From the NCBI GenBank assembly GCA_045603165.1, contig JAZULP010000032.1:5667-69666 (forward strand): DNA of 64,000 nucleotides, written 5' to 3'. This DNA comes from Agathobacter sp. (lineage in GTDB: Bacteria; Bacillota; Clostridia; Lachnospirales; Lachnospiraceae). Positions within the stretch are counted from its first letter, which is position 1, and each line of letters begins with the position of its first letter. Below, piece by piece: positions 21,117 through 30,482 of this stretch. The translations under genes were made by a program, and so were the position numbers. The notes beneath the pieces were generated by a model, which ran no database searches, was not told the DNA's origin, and saw only the letters and a program-made list of their open reading frames with translations.

Positions 21117-23120
21117 TTATTTTTCTTCCTGTTGTTTCTTAGCTGTGTCATCTGTTGGCTTATTCCAACTCATATATTCGCAGGTTGGATTATCCACACA
21201 ACCATAATACTTACGGCCTTTTCTGGTTCGCTTGATAACAATGTCCTTGCCACAGTTTGGGCAGCTGTATCCTGTTTTTTCGTAATATGGCTTGGTATTC
21301 TTACATTCCGGAAAACCAGGACATGCTAGGAATTTACCATGTGGACCATATTTGATAACCATATTTCTGCCACATTCGTCACAGATTTCTTCCGTTACTT
21401 CATCCTGAATCTCCACTTTTTCAAGCTCTTTTTCAGCTTTTTCTACTGCCTCTGCTAAATCCGGATAGAAATTGGAAATAACCATTTTCCAGTTAACCGC
21501 GCCTTCTGCCACACTGTCCAGAAGTGATTCCATATTAGCCGTAAAGTTTTCGTCTACAATTGTTGGGAAGGATTCCTTCATGATGTTGTTTACCACTTCC
21601 CCAATTTCTGTCACATAGAGATTTTTCTGCTCTTTGGTAATATATCTTCTGGCAATAATGGTTGTAATGGTTGGTGAATAGGTGCTTGGACGTCCAATAC
21701 CAAGCTCCTCCAATGCCTTAACCAGAGATGCTTCTGTGTAATGTGCTGGTGGCTGAGTAAAATGCTGCTTTGGTTGAAATTCTATAAAGGAAAGCTTGGT
21801 GTTTTCATCTAAATTTTTTATTACAGCCTGTTTTTTTATTGTTTCTTCCTCCGCCTCTACATACACAGACATAAAACCTTCAAATGCCAGTCTAGAGGTA
21901 GATACGTGGAATCCATATTCTCCAGCGGCAATGGTAATGGTTGTCGTTTCGTGTATCGCGTTTGCCATTCTGCTGGCAGCAAAACGCTTCCAAATCAACT
22001 GATACAGACGGAACTGGTCTCTGGAAAGCGAGTCCTTTACCTCTGATGGTGTACGGTTAATATCAGAAGGACGAATTGCTTCGTGTGCATCCTGAATTTT
22101 ACCTGTGCTCTTTTTGGAATTTACCGTTTCCGCTTCAAATTCCTTGCCATAGTTTGAAACGATAAATTTACGTGCTGCTGCATCTGCTTCTTCTGAGATA
22201 CGTGTAGAGTCTGTACGCAAATAAGTGATAAGACCTACCGTACCTTCTCCCTTAATATCCACACCTTCATATAACTGCTGTGCAATACGCATGGTCTTGG
22301 AAATTGGGAAATTCAACGCCTTAGAGGCCTCCTGCTGTAAGGTACTGGTAGTAAAAGGAATTGGCGCCTTCTGACGACGCTCTCCCTTTTTCACAGAGGT
22401 TACCTGAAAGCTCTGTCCTTTTAAATCCTTCAAAATAGCATCCATCTCTTCTTTTGAAGAAATAGAGATTTTTTCTTTTCCTTTTTCGAAAAGCTTTGCT
22501 ACGACAGGCTTTTTCTCACCCTCTGGAAGAAGCGAAGCCTCCAAGCTCCAATATTCCTCTGGAATAAAGGCAGCTATTTCCTCCTCTCTGTCGCAGACAA
22601 TACGCAGTGCAACGGACTGAACTCGACCCGCAGAAAGGCCACGTTTCACCTTTGCCCAGAGAAGCGGACTGATTTTGTAACCTACCATACGATCAAGGGC
22701 ACGTCTCGCTTGCTGTGCATCTACAAGTCCCATATCAATTTTTCTAGGGTTTTTCAGGGATGCTTTTACCGCATTTTTTGTAATTTCATTAAAGCTGATA
22801 CGATATACTTCCTTGTCCTCCAGCTTTAGGGCGTAGCATAAATGCCAAGAAATTGCTTCTCCCTCACGGTCTGGGTCAGTTGCAAGATAGATTTTCTCTG
22901 CTTTTTTTACTTCCTTGCGAAGCTTTGCAAGCACATCTCCCTTTCCGCGAATAGTAATATATTTCGGTTCAAAATCACCATCTACATCAATTCCCAATGA
23001 ACTTTTCGGCAAATCACGTACATGACCATTGGAAGCCACAACTTCATAATTTTTTCCTAAGAATTTTTTAATCGTCTTTACTTTTGCAGGAGATTCTACA
23101 ATTACCAGGTATTTTGCCAT
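21117..23120 (-). CDS. topA: DNA topoisomerase I
   Basis: LVIVESPAK, ATDPDREGEAI, catalytic ITYLRTDS and C-terminal Cys4 zinc ribbons. Confidence 0.97.
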   Translation of the reverse strand: MAKYLVIVESPAKVKTIKKFLGKNYEVVASNGHVRDLPKSSLGIDVDGDFEPKYITIRGKGDVLAKLRKEVKKAEKIYLATDPDREGEAISWHLCYALKLEDKEVYRISFNEITKNAVKASLKNPRKIDMGLVDAQQARRALDRMVGYKISPLLWAKVKRGLSAGRVQSVALRIVCDREEEIAAFIPEEYWSLEASLLPEGEKKPVVAKLFEKGKEKISISSKEEMDAILKDLKGQSFQVTSVKKGERRQKAPIPFTTSTLQQEASKALNFPISKTMRIAQQLYEGVDIKGEGTVGLITYLRTDSTRISEEADAAARKFIVSNYGKEFEAETVNSKKSTGKIQDAHEAIRPSDINRTPSEVKDSLSRDQFRLYQLIWKRFAASRMANAIHETTTITIAAGEYGFHVSTSRLAFEGFMSVYVEAEEETIKKQAVIKNLDENTKLSFIEFQPKQHFTQPPAHYTEASLVKALEELGIGRPSTYSPTITTIIARRYITKEQKNLYVTEIGEVVNNIMKESFPTIVDENFTANMESLLDSVAEGAVNWKMVISNFYPDLAEAVEKAEKELEKVEIQDEVTEEICDECGRNMVIKYGPHGKFLACPGFPECKNTKPYYEKTGYSCPNCGKDIVIKRTRKGRKYYGCVDNPTCEYMSWNKPTDDTAKKQQEEK

Positions 23121-23142
23121 TTTTCTACCCCTCGACTTATTG

Positions 23143-24228
23143 TTAATCTAATATTGTACGAACATAGTAATTCGTAAATGTTTCTTTAATCATTCCCATC
23201 CGCTCCAGTTTTTCAAGAATCTCTACCAATCTGGATATTGGAATGTTGGTTTTCTCCACCATGGTACCTAATCCCACAGGTCGAAAATCTGTTACACTAT
23301 ACACCAAGCGTTCATCTTTTTCAAGTAATTTTTTTGTGAAATCCATCTGTACATAGTTTTTTTCGGTTAAAATATCTAAATCTGCGAGAAAATCTTCAAC
23401 ACTTTGTATAATACCAGCGCCTTGTTTTATCAGATTATTACATCCTTTACTTAAAGAATCGGTAATTCTACCTGGTAAGGCATAAACATCACGTCCCTGT
23501 TCCATAGCAAAGTCAGCGGTAATAAGAGAACCGCTTTTCTCTTTTGCCTCGATTACTACCACACAATCACTCAGTCCAGAGATAATACGATTTCTGGCCG
23601 GAAACTGACCGGGACTTGGCTGTCTTCCCGGCGAATATTCCGAAATAATTCCACCCCTTTCAATAATCTGGTTATACAGATAACGATTGCCATTTGGATA
23701 ACATACATCGACTCCGCTTCCGAGCACTGCAAAGGTATCCGTAACGCCTTCTAAGGCACCCTTATGTGCATCAGCATCTATCCCCTTTGCTAAACCACTG
23801 ATTACCTGTACACCATGATCGGATAAGGCTGTTGCCAGTCGCTTTGCCATTTCACTTCCATAAGCACTTCTACCTCTGGCTCCTACGATAGCTACGGTCT
23901 TCTGCTGCTTTTGAGGTAGCTTTCCAATATAATAGATTGCGTAAGGCGGGTTAGGAATATACGATAGTTTTTCAGGAAAATCTGGCTGTTCCAGTGATAC
24001 AAAACCAATTCCCTTCCCCATAAGCTCGAGCCATCTTTCATCCAGATTCCAAACCCTCTGACTCTTGTGTATCGTCTTGATATCTACCTCTGTTAATCCA
24101 CTTAAGGCTTTTAGCTGTGAATAAGGCAATTCATATAATTCCTGAGCACAACTGACCTCTTCTAATAGGTAGCGAATTTTTCCACTTCCAATTCCAGGGA
24201 TATTGGATAACCAATAGGCATACTTCAT
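23143..24228 (-). CDS. dprA: DNA-processing protein DprA
   Basis: AIVGAR, ISGLAKGIDADAH, FPARNRIISGLS and SGSLITA. Start moved to 24228. Confidence 0.95.
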   Translation of the reverse strand: MKYAYWLSNIPGIGSGKIRYLLEEVSCAQELYELPYSQLKALSGLTEVDIKTIHKSQRVWNLDERWLELMGKGIGFVSLEQPDFPEKLSYIPNPPYAIYYIGKLPQKQQKTVAIVGARGRSAYGSEMAKRLATALSDHGVQVISGLAKGIDADAHKGALEGVTDTFAVLGSGVDVCYPNGNRYLYNQIIERGGIISEYSPGRQPSPGQFPARNRIISGLSDCVVVIEAKEKSGSLITADFAMEQGRDVYALPGRITDSLSKGCNNLIKQGAGIIQSVEDFLADLDILTEKNYVQMDFTKKLLEKDERLVYSVTDFRPVGLGTMVEKTNIPISRLVEILEKLERMGMIKETFTNYYVRTILD

Positions 24229-24229
24229 A

Positions 24230-25762
24230 CTACTCTCTACCTCCCCAAAATTTGCTATCCACATTTCGGTAACAGATACCTTCCTGCAAATGGGTCACCT
24301 GAATTTCTCTGGAACCATCTAAATCTGCTATTGTACGTGCCACACGAAGAATTTTGTGATAAGTTCTGGCAGTTAGTGCCATTTTCTCATACATATGCTC
24401 CATATAGGCACCTTCCTTTTTCCCAAGCCAGCAGTATTCCTCCATACGTGCGGCTGGAATTTGACTGTTGTGTGAAAAATCCTCACCTTTAAAACGCTCA
24501 CACTGTATGTTGTGAGATTCTAATATCCTTTTTTGAATCTCCTGAGAACTTTCCGACGTGTGCTTTTCCTTGGATGTCAATTCTCCAAAGGATAGGGTTG
24601 GAACTTCCACGCAAATATCAATCCTGTCTAAAAGTGGCTGAGAAACCTTGTCAAAATATCGGCGCAGACTTCCTTCGGAACAGCGGCATTTGTTCATATC
24701 CGGATAATAACCGCAATTACAGGGATTCATAGCCGCCAGTAGCAGAAAATTAGCTGGATAGGTTACACTGCTCATAGCTCGCACCAGATGTATTTTGTGT
24801 TCCTCTAGAGGCTGTCTTAAAATTTCCAGGGTATTTTTCTGAAATTCTGGTAGCTCGTCCAAAAAGAGGACTCCGTTGTGTGCCAGAGAAATCTCTCCAG
24901 GCTTTGGATTTGCTCCCCCGCCGGTAAGACCTGCCTTCGTAATTGTATGATGTGGCGAACGGAATGGGCGCTCCTGTAATAAGCAATGCTTATTGCTCAA
25001 AAGACCGCATACACTGTAAATTTTGGACAATTCCAATCTTTCTGTCTCTGTTAAGGGCGGCAAAATTGTAGCCAATCGTTCAGCTATCATAGTCTTTCCT
25101 GCTCCTGGTGGACCAATGAGAAGCATATTGTGCATTCCTGCAGCTGCTATCTCACAAGCGCGCTTGATAAACTGTTGTCCGTATACATCACTGAAATCCT
25201 TTTGCCCCTTTGTAGCTATTTCTTCTATATTATATGAACTACTTTTATAGGCTTGCCCGTTTAGAAAATCCAAAAGTTCTAGCAGCGTTCGAAAGGCATA
25301 TACTCGCGCCCCACTAACCAATAGCCCTTCGTTTTCATTTTCTTTTGGGATGACATATTCCATAATCTTGTCTCCCACCCCATCAGACACGATGGGTAGT
25401 ACTCCATTGACAGGAAGAATCTGACCGTTTAAACTTAATTCTCCTACAAATATTTTCCCTTTACATGCTTCCTCTGTTACCATACCGAGGGACTGTAATA
25501 TAGCAATTGCAATCGGTAGGTCAAAGCCACTTCCCTGTTTACGCAGATTAGCTGGAGACAAATTAATGGTAATTCGTTTTGCTGGCAACATAACACCAAT
25601 GCTATGAAGTGCGGTGCGCACACGCTCCTTCCCTTCACGGACCTCTGGTGCCAGTTGTCCTATCATCTCAAAGCTTGGCATGCCATTGCTAATATCTACC
25701 TCTACCTGAATTGGACGAGTATGGATACCTTCTACAACGGCGGTTTTAATTGTACTATACAT
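24230..25762 (-). CDS. comM: YifB/ComM family Mg-chelatase-like AAA ATPase
   Basis: GPPGAGKT, RPFRSPHHT, PGEISLAHNGVLFLDE and MNPCNCG. Start moved to 25762. Confidence 0.92.
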   Translation of the reverse strand: MYSTIKTAVVEGIHTRPIQVEVDISNGMPSFEMIGQLAPEVREGKERVRTALHSIGVMLPAKRITINLSPANLRKQGSGFDLPIAIAILQSLGMVTEEACKGKIFVGELSLNGQILPVNGVLPIVSDGVGDKIMEYVIPKENENEGLLVSGARVYAFRTLLELLDFLNGQAYKSSSYNIEEIATKGQKDFSDVYGQQFIKRACEIAAAGMHNMLLIGPPGAGKTMIAERLATILPPLTETERLELSKIYSVCGLLSNKHCLLQERPFRSPHHTITKAGLTGGGANPKPGEISLAHNGVLFLDELPEFQKNTLEILRQPLEEHKIHLVRAMSSVTYPANFLLLAAMNPCNCGYYPDMNKCRCSEGSLRRYFDKVSQPLLDRIDICVEVPTLSFGELTSKEKHTSESSQEIQKRILESHNIQCERFKGEDFSHNSQIPAARMEEYCWLGKKEGAYMEHMYEKMALTARTYHKILRVARTIADLDGSREIQVTHLQEGICYRNVDSKFWGGRE

Positions 25763-25810
25763 GTCTACTCCTGTTCCAATTATATGGGAATACGCATAGA
25801 ACAATGCAAG

Positions 25811-25852
25811 AAAAAAAGATGAAATTATATTATCATAATTTCATCTCTTTTC
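25811..25852 (-). terminator. Intrinsic terminator after sigK
   Basis: agatgaaattat..ataatttcatct inverted repeat with A/T tails. Confidence 0.55.
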
Positions 25853-25861
25853 AAAGCCTTT

Positions 25862-26485
25862 TTAGGATAATAATAATGTTTTTAATTTTTCCAATGCTTT
25901 CTTCTCAATACGTGATACATAGGATCTGGAAATACCAAGGGATTTTGCGATTTCACGCTGTGTCAGTTCTTTTTCTCCGAAAAGACCGTATCGTTTTTTG
26001 ATAATTAAGGCCTCTCGCTTTGTCAGTACCTCTTGGAGATGATTTTTCAAAACCTCTACATCTCGACGAATTTCCATTTGCTTCGTCACATCCACATCAT
26101 CTACAAAAAGCACCTCCAACAAATGTATTTGTTTCCCTTCCTTATCGGTACCTATTGGCTCGAACAAGGACACCTCCAGCTTGGTTTTCTTTGTTTTTCG
26201 AAAATGCATAAGCAACTCATTTTCAATACATCGAATTGCGTAGGTTGCAAAACGATTTCCATAGTTAAAATCGAAGGTTGCTACCGCCTTTAGTAGCCCG
26301 ATTGTACCTATGGAAATTAAATCTTCTACCTCTTCTTCACTACTTTGATATTTTTTCGCCACATGAGCAACCAGGCGCATATTGTGCAAAATTAGTTCTT
26401 CCTTGGCGCTCTGGTCACCCGCCTTTAAGCGCTCAATGCATTCCTTTTCTTCCTCCTGGGACAATGGTGATAAAAAAGCTTCCAC
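25862..26485 (-). CDS. sigK: Sporulation sigma factor SigK, uninterrupted and without pro-peptide
   Basis: EDLISIGTIGLLKA, ATYAIRCIENELLM, PIGTDKEG and TQREIAKSLGISRSYVSRIEK. GTG start with an in-frame TAA 9 codons upstream. Confidence 0.88.
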   Translation of the reverse strand: MEAFLSPLSQEEEKECIERLKAGDQSAKEELILHNMRLVAHVAKKYQSSEEEVEDLISIGTIGLLKAVATFDFNYGNRFATYAIRCIENELLMHFRKTKKTKLEVSLFEPIGTDKEGKQIHLLEVLFVDDVDVTKQMEIRRDVEVLKNHLQEVLTKREALIIKKRYGLFGEKELTQREIAKSLGISRSYVSRIEKKALEKLKTLLLS

Positions 26486-26513
26486 ATTGCACCTATTTTT
26501 GCTGACTTTTTAC

Positions 26514-26543
26514 ATTCTATGAAAGGGTCATGTTTTCCGTGCT
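26514..26543 (-). promoter_or_regulatory. Candidate SigK/SigE-type promoter of sigK
   Basis: GCAC-17 nt-CATAGAAT resembles the mother-cell sigma consensus (AC...CATA-N3-T). Confidence 0.4.
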
Positions 26544-26608
26544 TTTCCCAGCCAAGAAAATTGTTACGCTTGAAGGCCAAGCTATGGAAATGTAATGAAT
26601 TTTCCTGC

Positions 26609-26637
26609 TTGGCTCTCCATCGTTACAATGCTATAAT
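26609..26637 (+). promoter_or_regulatory. Sigma-A promoter (extended -10) of the pseudouridine synthase gene
   Basis: TTGGCT-17-TATAAT with a TG extension; the ATG lies 7 nt after the -10. Confidence 0.55.
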
Positions 26638-26644
26638 GATATCT

Positions 26645-27541
26645 ATGGAACGAAAATTAGAGTATATTATCACACGCGAATTTCATAATAAAACCATTGA
26701 ACATTTTCTGAAAGCCAAGGGCTATCCGCATCAGGCTATTGTCCAACTAAAGAAGACCCAAGAGGGAATTCTGCGGAATGGTACATGGGCCTATGTAAAT
26801 GAAAGACTCATGGCAAAAGATGTGCTTTCCCTACATCTGGTGGAAAACACCGCCGAAACCTCTATCCAACCACTCCCGGTGGAGCTTTGCATTGTATACG
26901 AGGACGAGGATTTATTAATCTTAGACAAGCCTGCCAATATGCCCATTCATCCTTCAATGAATCATCATGAGGGTACTCTTGCCAATGGACTTGTGTACTA
27001 TTTCCATGAAAAAGAGCAAGCATTTACCTTTCGTTGTATCAACCGCCTAGACAGAGATACGAGTGGACTTACGATAGTTGCCAAGCATTTGTTAAGCGGC
27101 GGTATCCTTAGTCGACAAGTATCCATGCATGAAATTAAACGTACCTATCGTGCGATTTGCACAGGAATGGTTCCAGAAACGGGTACCATTGACGCTCCAA
27201 TCGCAAGACTTAAGGATTCTACCATTGAACGCTGTGTGGATTTTGACAACGGAGAAGACGCAGTTACCCACTACAAGCGAATTGCCTATGATGCACAAAA
27301 AGACTTATCTCTGGTGGAATTACAATTAGAAACCGGTCGTACACATCAAATTCGTGTACATATGAAGCACATAAAGCATCCGATTATCGGAGATTTTCTC
27401 TACAATCCTGACTATCGCTTCTGTAATAGACAGGCACTTCATTCTGCCAGTTTGCATTTCATTCATCCAATTACACAAAAGGAAATGCACTTCGCATCTC
27501 CGCTTCCGGAAGATTTAAAGTGCATTTTTCATAATTTCTAA
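26645..27541 (+). CDS. RluA/RluD family RNA pseudouridine synthase
   Basis: DKPANMPIHP, NRLDRDTSG and LETGRTHQIRVH. Likely start at 26645 (MERKLEY). Confidence 0.93.
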   Translation: MERKLEYIITREFHNKTIEHFLKAKGYPHQAIVQLKKTQEGILRNGTWAYVNERLMAKDVLSLHLVENTAETSIQPLPVELCIVYEDEDLLILDKPANMPIHPSMNHHEGTLANGLVYYFHEKEQAFTFRCINRLDRDTSGLTIVAKHLLSGGILSRQVSMHEIKRTYRAICTGMVPETGTIDAPIARLKDSTIERCVDFDNGEDAVTHYKRIAYDAQKDLSLVELQLETGRTHQIRVHMKHIKHPIIGDFLYNPDYRFCNRQALHSASLHFIHPITQKEMHFASPLPEDLKCIFHNF

Positions 27542-28105
27542 TTCAGATTGTTCGTAAGAAACCTTTCCCTTCAACACTTGTTGTTTGATGTAAGTGAAGG
27601 TTTCTTTTTCTCCTTTTTTCCAGAGCATTTCCAGTAAATATTCCAACAAAGCACGGGTATGTGGATTTAATATATAGTAGTCCTTGCTGTTGTTGTAATA
27701 AATCAGGGCACTTTCGTCCGTATACTTTTCCTTTTGATAAATCTTAGAAGCACAGACTCTGTCTACAAACATCTCTACCACATACTTAATAGGCATTTTC
27801 ATACCTATCATTTGTTTCCCCTCACCCGTTTCATCACTGCCACCATAATCTATCCAATATTCTAAATGATGCTTGTTCTTTCCCTTATGATGGAGCCAGG
27901 CTGAAGAATATCCCTTTTCTTTTCGTTCAAAATTATTGGGACTCATATATCCCTTATAATACTTACACCCTACCCAGAACTCTGTTGGCCCATACTTGGA
28001 CAAATCATGAAGAAGCCCTTGGGTATATAGACCAAGACGAAAGCATCCTTTCATAACCAGAAACTTGTGGGCTGTAATGGTGCAAAAATGCTGCAATACT
28101 TTCAT
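27515..28105 (-). CDS. DUF5662-type HD-like putative metal-binding protein
   Basis: GLLHDLSK and AWLHHKGKNKHHLEYW His-rich motifs. Confidence 0.7.
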   Translation of the reverse strand: MKVLQHFCTITAHKFLVMKGCFRLGLYTQGLLHDLSKYGPTEFWVGCKYYKGYMSPNNFERKEKGYSSAWLHHKGKNKHHLEYWIDYGGSDETGEGKQMIGMKMPIKYVVEMFVDRVCASKIYQKEKYTDESALIYYNNSKDYYILNPHTRALLEYLLEMLWKKGEKETFTYIKQQVLKGKVSYEQSELEIMKNAL

Positions 28106-28115
28106 ACAAAAATCC

Positions 28116-29996
28116 TTAATTATTATCTTTATTTTTACGTCCTATTGTGACATTCTCTGTCTTTTCTTCTTTGCCTAACAGAACACAGATACTATGCGCA
28201 GGTACATCTACAAACTGCTGATTCTTAAGCATTTCTTCTTTTAGATACCATTTCTTATTTGACACACTTGGCAGTGCCAGCTTCACATCCTCTGTATAGA
28301 AGTTGTATCCAATATAAATATCCTGTGTACTCTGTCCATTCTTAGCATATGCGCCACAGTATAACATGCCAAGGCTCTTTCTACCTGGGTCAAGCTGGGC
28401 AATCCAAGCATTTTCTCCGTGATAAGATAAATCTGGTGCACCTGTGGAGCGATAATCATTAAACTTAAATGGAGCCTCTTTGGTAAGAAGTTCATGCTCT
28501 TTACGAAAAGCAATCAATCCCTTTAAAAAATCTATATCCTCTTTATATTTGGTGAATTGGCTCCAGTTTACCCAACCAATTTCATTATCCTGACAATATG
28601 CATTGTTGTTGCCTGCCTGCGTATTTCCAAACTCATCTCCTGCCAAAATCAATGGCACGCCTTGAGCAAACATTAGCATGGTGAACGCCATACGCATACG
28701 ATTACGTCGAATATCTATCAAATGGCGCTTGCGGGAAGGTCCTTCTACACCATAGCTATTGCTTAAATTGTAATCGTTGCCATCACAATTATTTTCACCA
28801 TTTGCTTCATTATGCTTGTCGCTGTACATAAATAAATCTGCCAGTGTAAAGCCATTGTTGTTTGTAATATAATTTACAAACCCTACCTGCTCACCCTGTT
28901 TTTTCTGCTGATTTGCAAATTCACGAATATCACTATCGTAATGGTTGAGTAACTGACGTGCAGCATACTGATATTCATCTCTATAAATATATAAATTTTT
29001 ATATTTATGTGTTATCTCAGAATGATCACTGAAATGGTCAGCAAAAATCTTGGTCCTACTAAGCATTGGATCCTGCTCAATACTGATAATTGGCAGATTG
29101 CCACCGATGATATGAAAGCCATCTACATGATATTCCTTTACCCAAAAACGGAGCACATCCATTATTAAATTATGATTGGTTTCCTCAGGAAAAAACATTT
29201 CCAGGACACATTCCATACCATTTTCATGTAGAGTTTTTACCAGCTTTTTAAATTCGCTAGATGCCTTGGATGGTTCCGATGCATAGGAGGCTTTTACTGC
29301 ATAGTAATTTCCCTCTCCATAGCCCCAATAATTGATATTTTTCACTTCATTGTCAAGGAGCACCGGCTGAATTCTATCTTGGTTTTCAGGTATCCACTTT
29401 ACATAATCAGGAACCTTTACTTCCTTTGGAATCGGCATTTCTTCAAACTCATATACTGGCATAAGCTCTACTGTTGTAATGCCCAAATCCTTGAGATAGG
29501 AAAGCTTATTTCGGACTGCCTGAAAGGTCCCCTTTGTTTTGCCTGCAGTCTTAAGTCCCATAGTAAAGCCTCTTACATGAAGCTTGTACATAATCATCTT
29601 TGACTTTGACACCTCTGGATTTTTATCCTCACCCCACAGAAAGCTTCCTATCTGAAAACCAGCAGACAGCTTGTACTTTTCTGCTTTTCTACCTTCATCA
29701 TTCCAACTCTCTCTGCCTACAATCACTCTGGCATAAGGATCCAACTTCTCCTGTCCGTTTATCTCATATATATAATTGTATTCCTGTGGATGAAATCCCG
29801 ATACAGTAATAGAACGCAATGAACCCAAACAGAACTCTTCTGGAACAGAAATGAACTGTTTCTCTTTGGTGTTCTTATGAATCAGAACTATGCGGCAGTC
29901 GTCTTCCTTCTCTCCTTCAAATGTAAAAGTGACCTGATTTTTTATAACCGTCGCACCTAATGTAAGGTAATTTCCTTCTCTAACTACTAAACTCAT
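28116..29996 (-). CDS. GlgX/isoamylase-like GH13 protein, apparently catalytically degenerate
   Basis: LHVRGFT, VELMPVYEF, NYWGY and GDEFGNTQAGNNNAYCQDNEI are retained. The catalytic regions read DGFHIIG, KIFADHF and NYITNNNGFTL. Confidence 0.85.
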   Translation of the reverse strand: MSLVVREGNYLTLGATVIKNQVTFTFEGEKEDDCRIVLIHKNTKEKQFISVPEEFCLGSLRSITVSGFHPQEYNYIYEINGQEKLDPYARVIVGRESWNDEGRKAEKYKLSAGFQIGSFLWGEDKNPEVSKSKMIMYKLHVRGFTMGLKTAGKTKGTFQAVRNKLSYLKDLGITTVELMPVYEFEEMPIPKEVKVPDYVKWIPENQDRIQPVLLDNEVKNINYWGYGEGNYYAVKASYASEPSKASSEFKKLVKTLHENGMECVLEMFFPEETNHNLIMDVLRFWVKEYHVDGFHIIGGNLPIISIEQDPMLSRTKIFADHFSDHSEITHKYKNLYIYRDEYQYAARQLLNHYDSDIREFANQQKKQGEQVGFVNYITNNNGFTLADLFMYSDKHNEANGENNCDGNDYNLSNSYGVEGPSRKRHLIDIRRNRMRMAFTMLMFAQGVPLILAGDEFGNTQAGNNNAYCQDNEIGWVNWSQFTKYKEDIDFLKGLIAFRKEHELLTKEAPFKFNDYRSTGAPDLSYHGENAWIAQLDPGRKSLGMLYCGAYAKNGQSTQDIYIGYNFYTEDVKLALPSVSNKKWYLKEEMLKNQQFVDVPAHSICVLLGKEEKTENVTIGRKNKDNN

Positions 29997-30158
29997 GCTG
30001 CCTCCGTATTCTTCGTCTCATTAGTATATTTACAGAGTTATTATACCTTTTTTTTGCCTATTTGTATACAATGTTTTTCCTCTCTTACATTGACAAGCCT
30101 ATGTTTCTTTTATAATATATAACTACGTTTAGACACTTAAAAAGCAAGGAGAATCATT

Positions 30159-30482
30159 ATGTCAGAAAAAGAACTAATTACACCAGTTACCGAAGACGAA
30201 ATCGACGATATTCGTGTAACATTGGATACAGAGGAAGGCGAAATCGTATGCCGTATCCTTACTATTTTTGAAGTAGGCAATCAGGACTATATCGCGCTTA
30301 TGCCACTTGACGAAAATGATCAGGACAACTCTGAAGGTGCTGTTTATCTTTACCGCTATGCCGAGGATGAAGAAGGACTCCCTTCTGTAGAATACATCGC
30401 AGATGAGGATGAGTATGAAGCAGCTGCAGACCGCTATGATGAACTTTTAGACGAAGCATTCTACGAGTCTTTGGATGAGTAA
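30159..30482 (+). CDS. DUF1292 family acidic small protein
   Basis: ILTIFEVGNQDYIALMP, VYLYRY and IADEDEYE; RBS aaggag; TTGACA upstream at 30090. Confidence 0.8.
   Translation: MSEKELITPVTEDEIDDIRVTLDTEEGEIVCRILTIFEVGNQDYIALMPLDENDQDNSEGAVYLYRYAEDEEGLPSVEYIADEDEYEAAADRYDELLDEAFYESLDE

Noticed and set aside
27515-30482. Convergent 3' overlaps (RluA gene with DUF5662 gene, 27 nt; DUF1292 with helicase, 22 nt)
   Set aside because: Short convergent overlaps are common and no further signal was seen.
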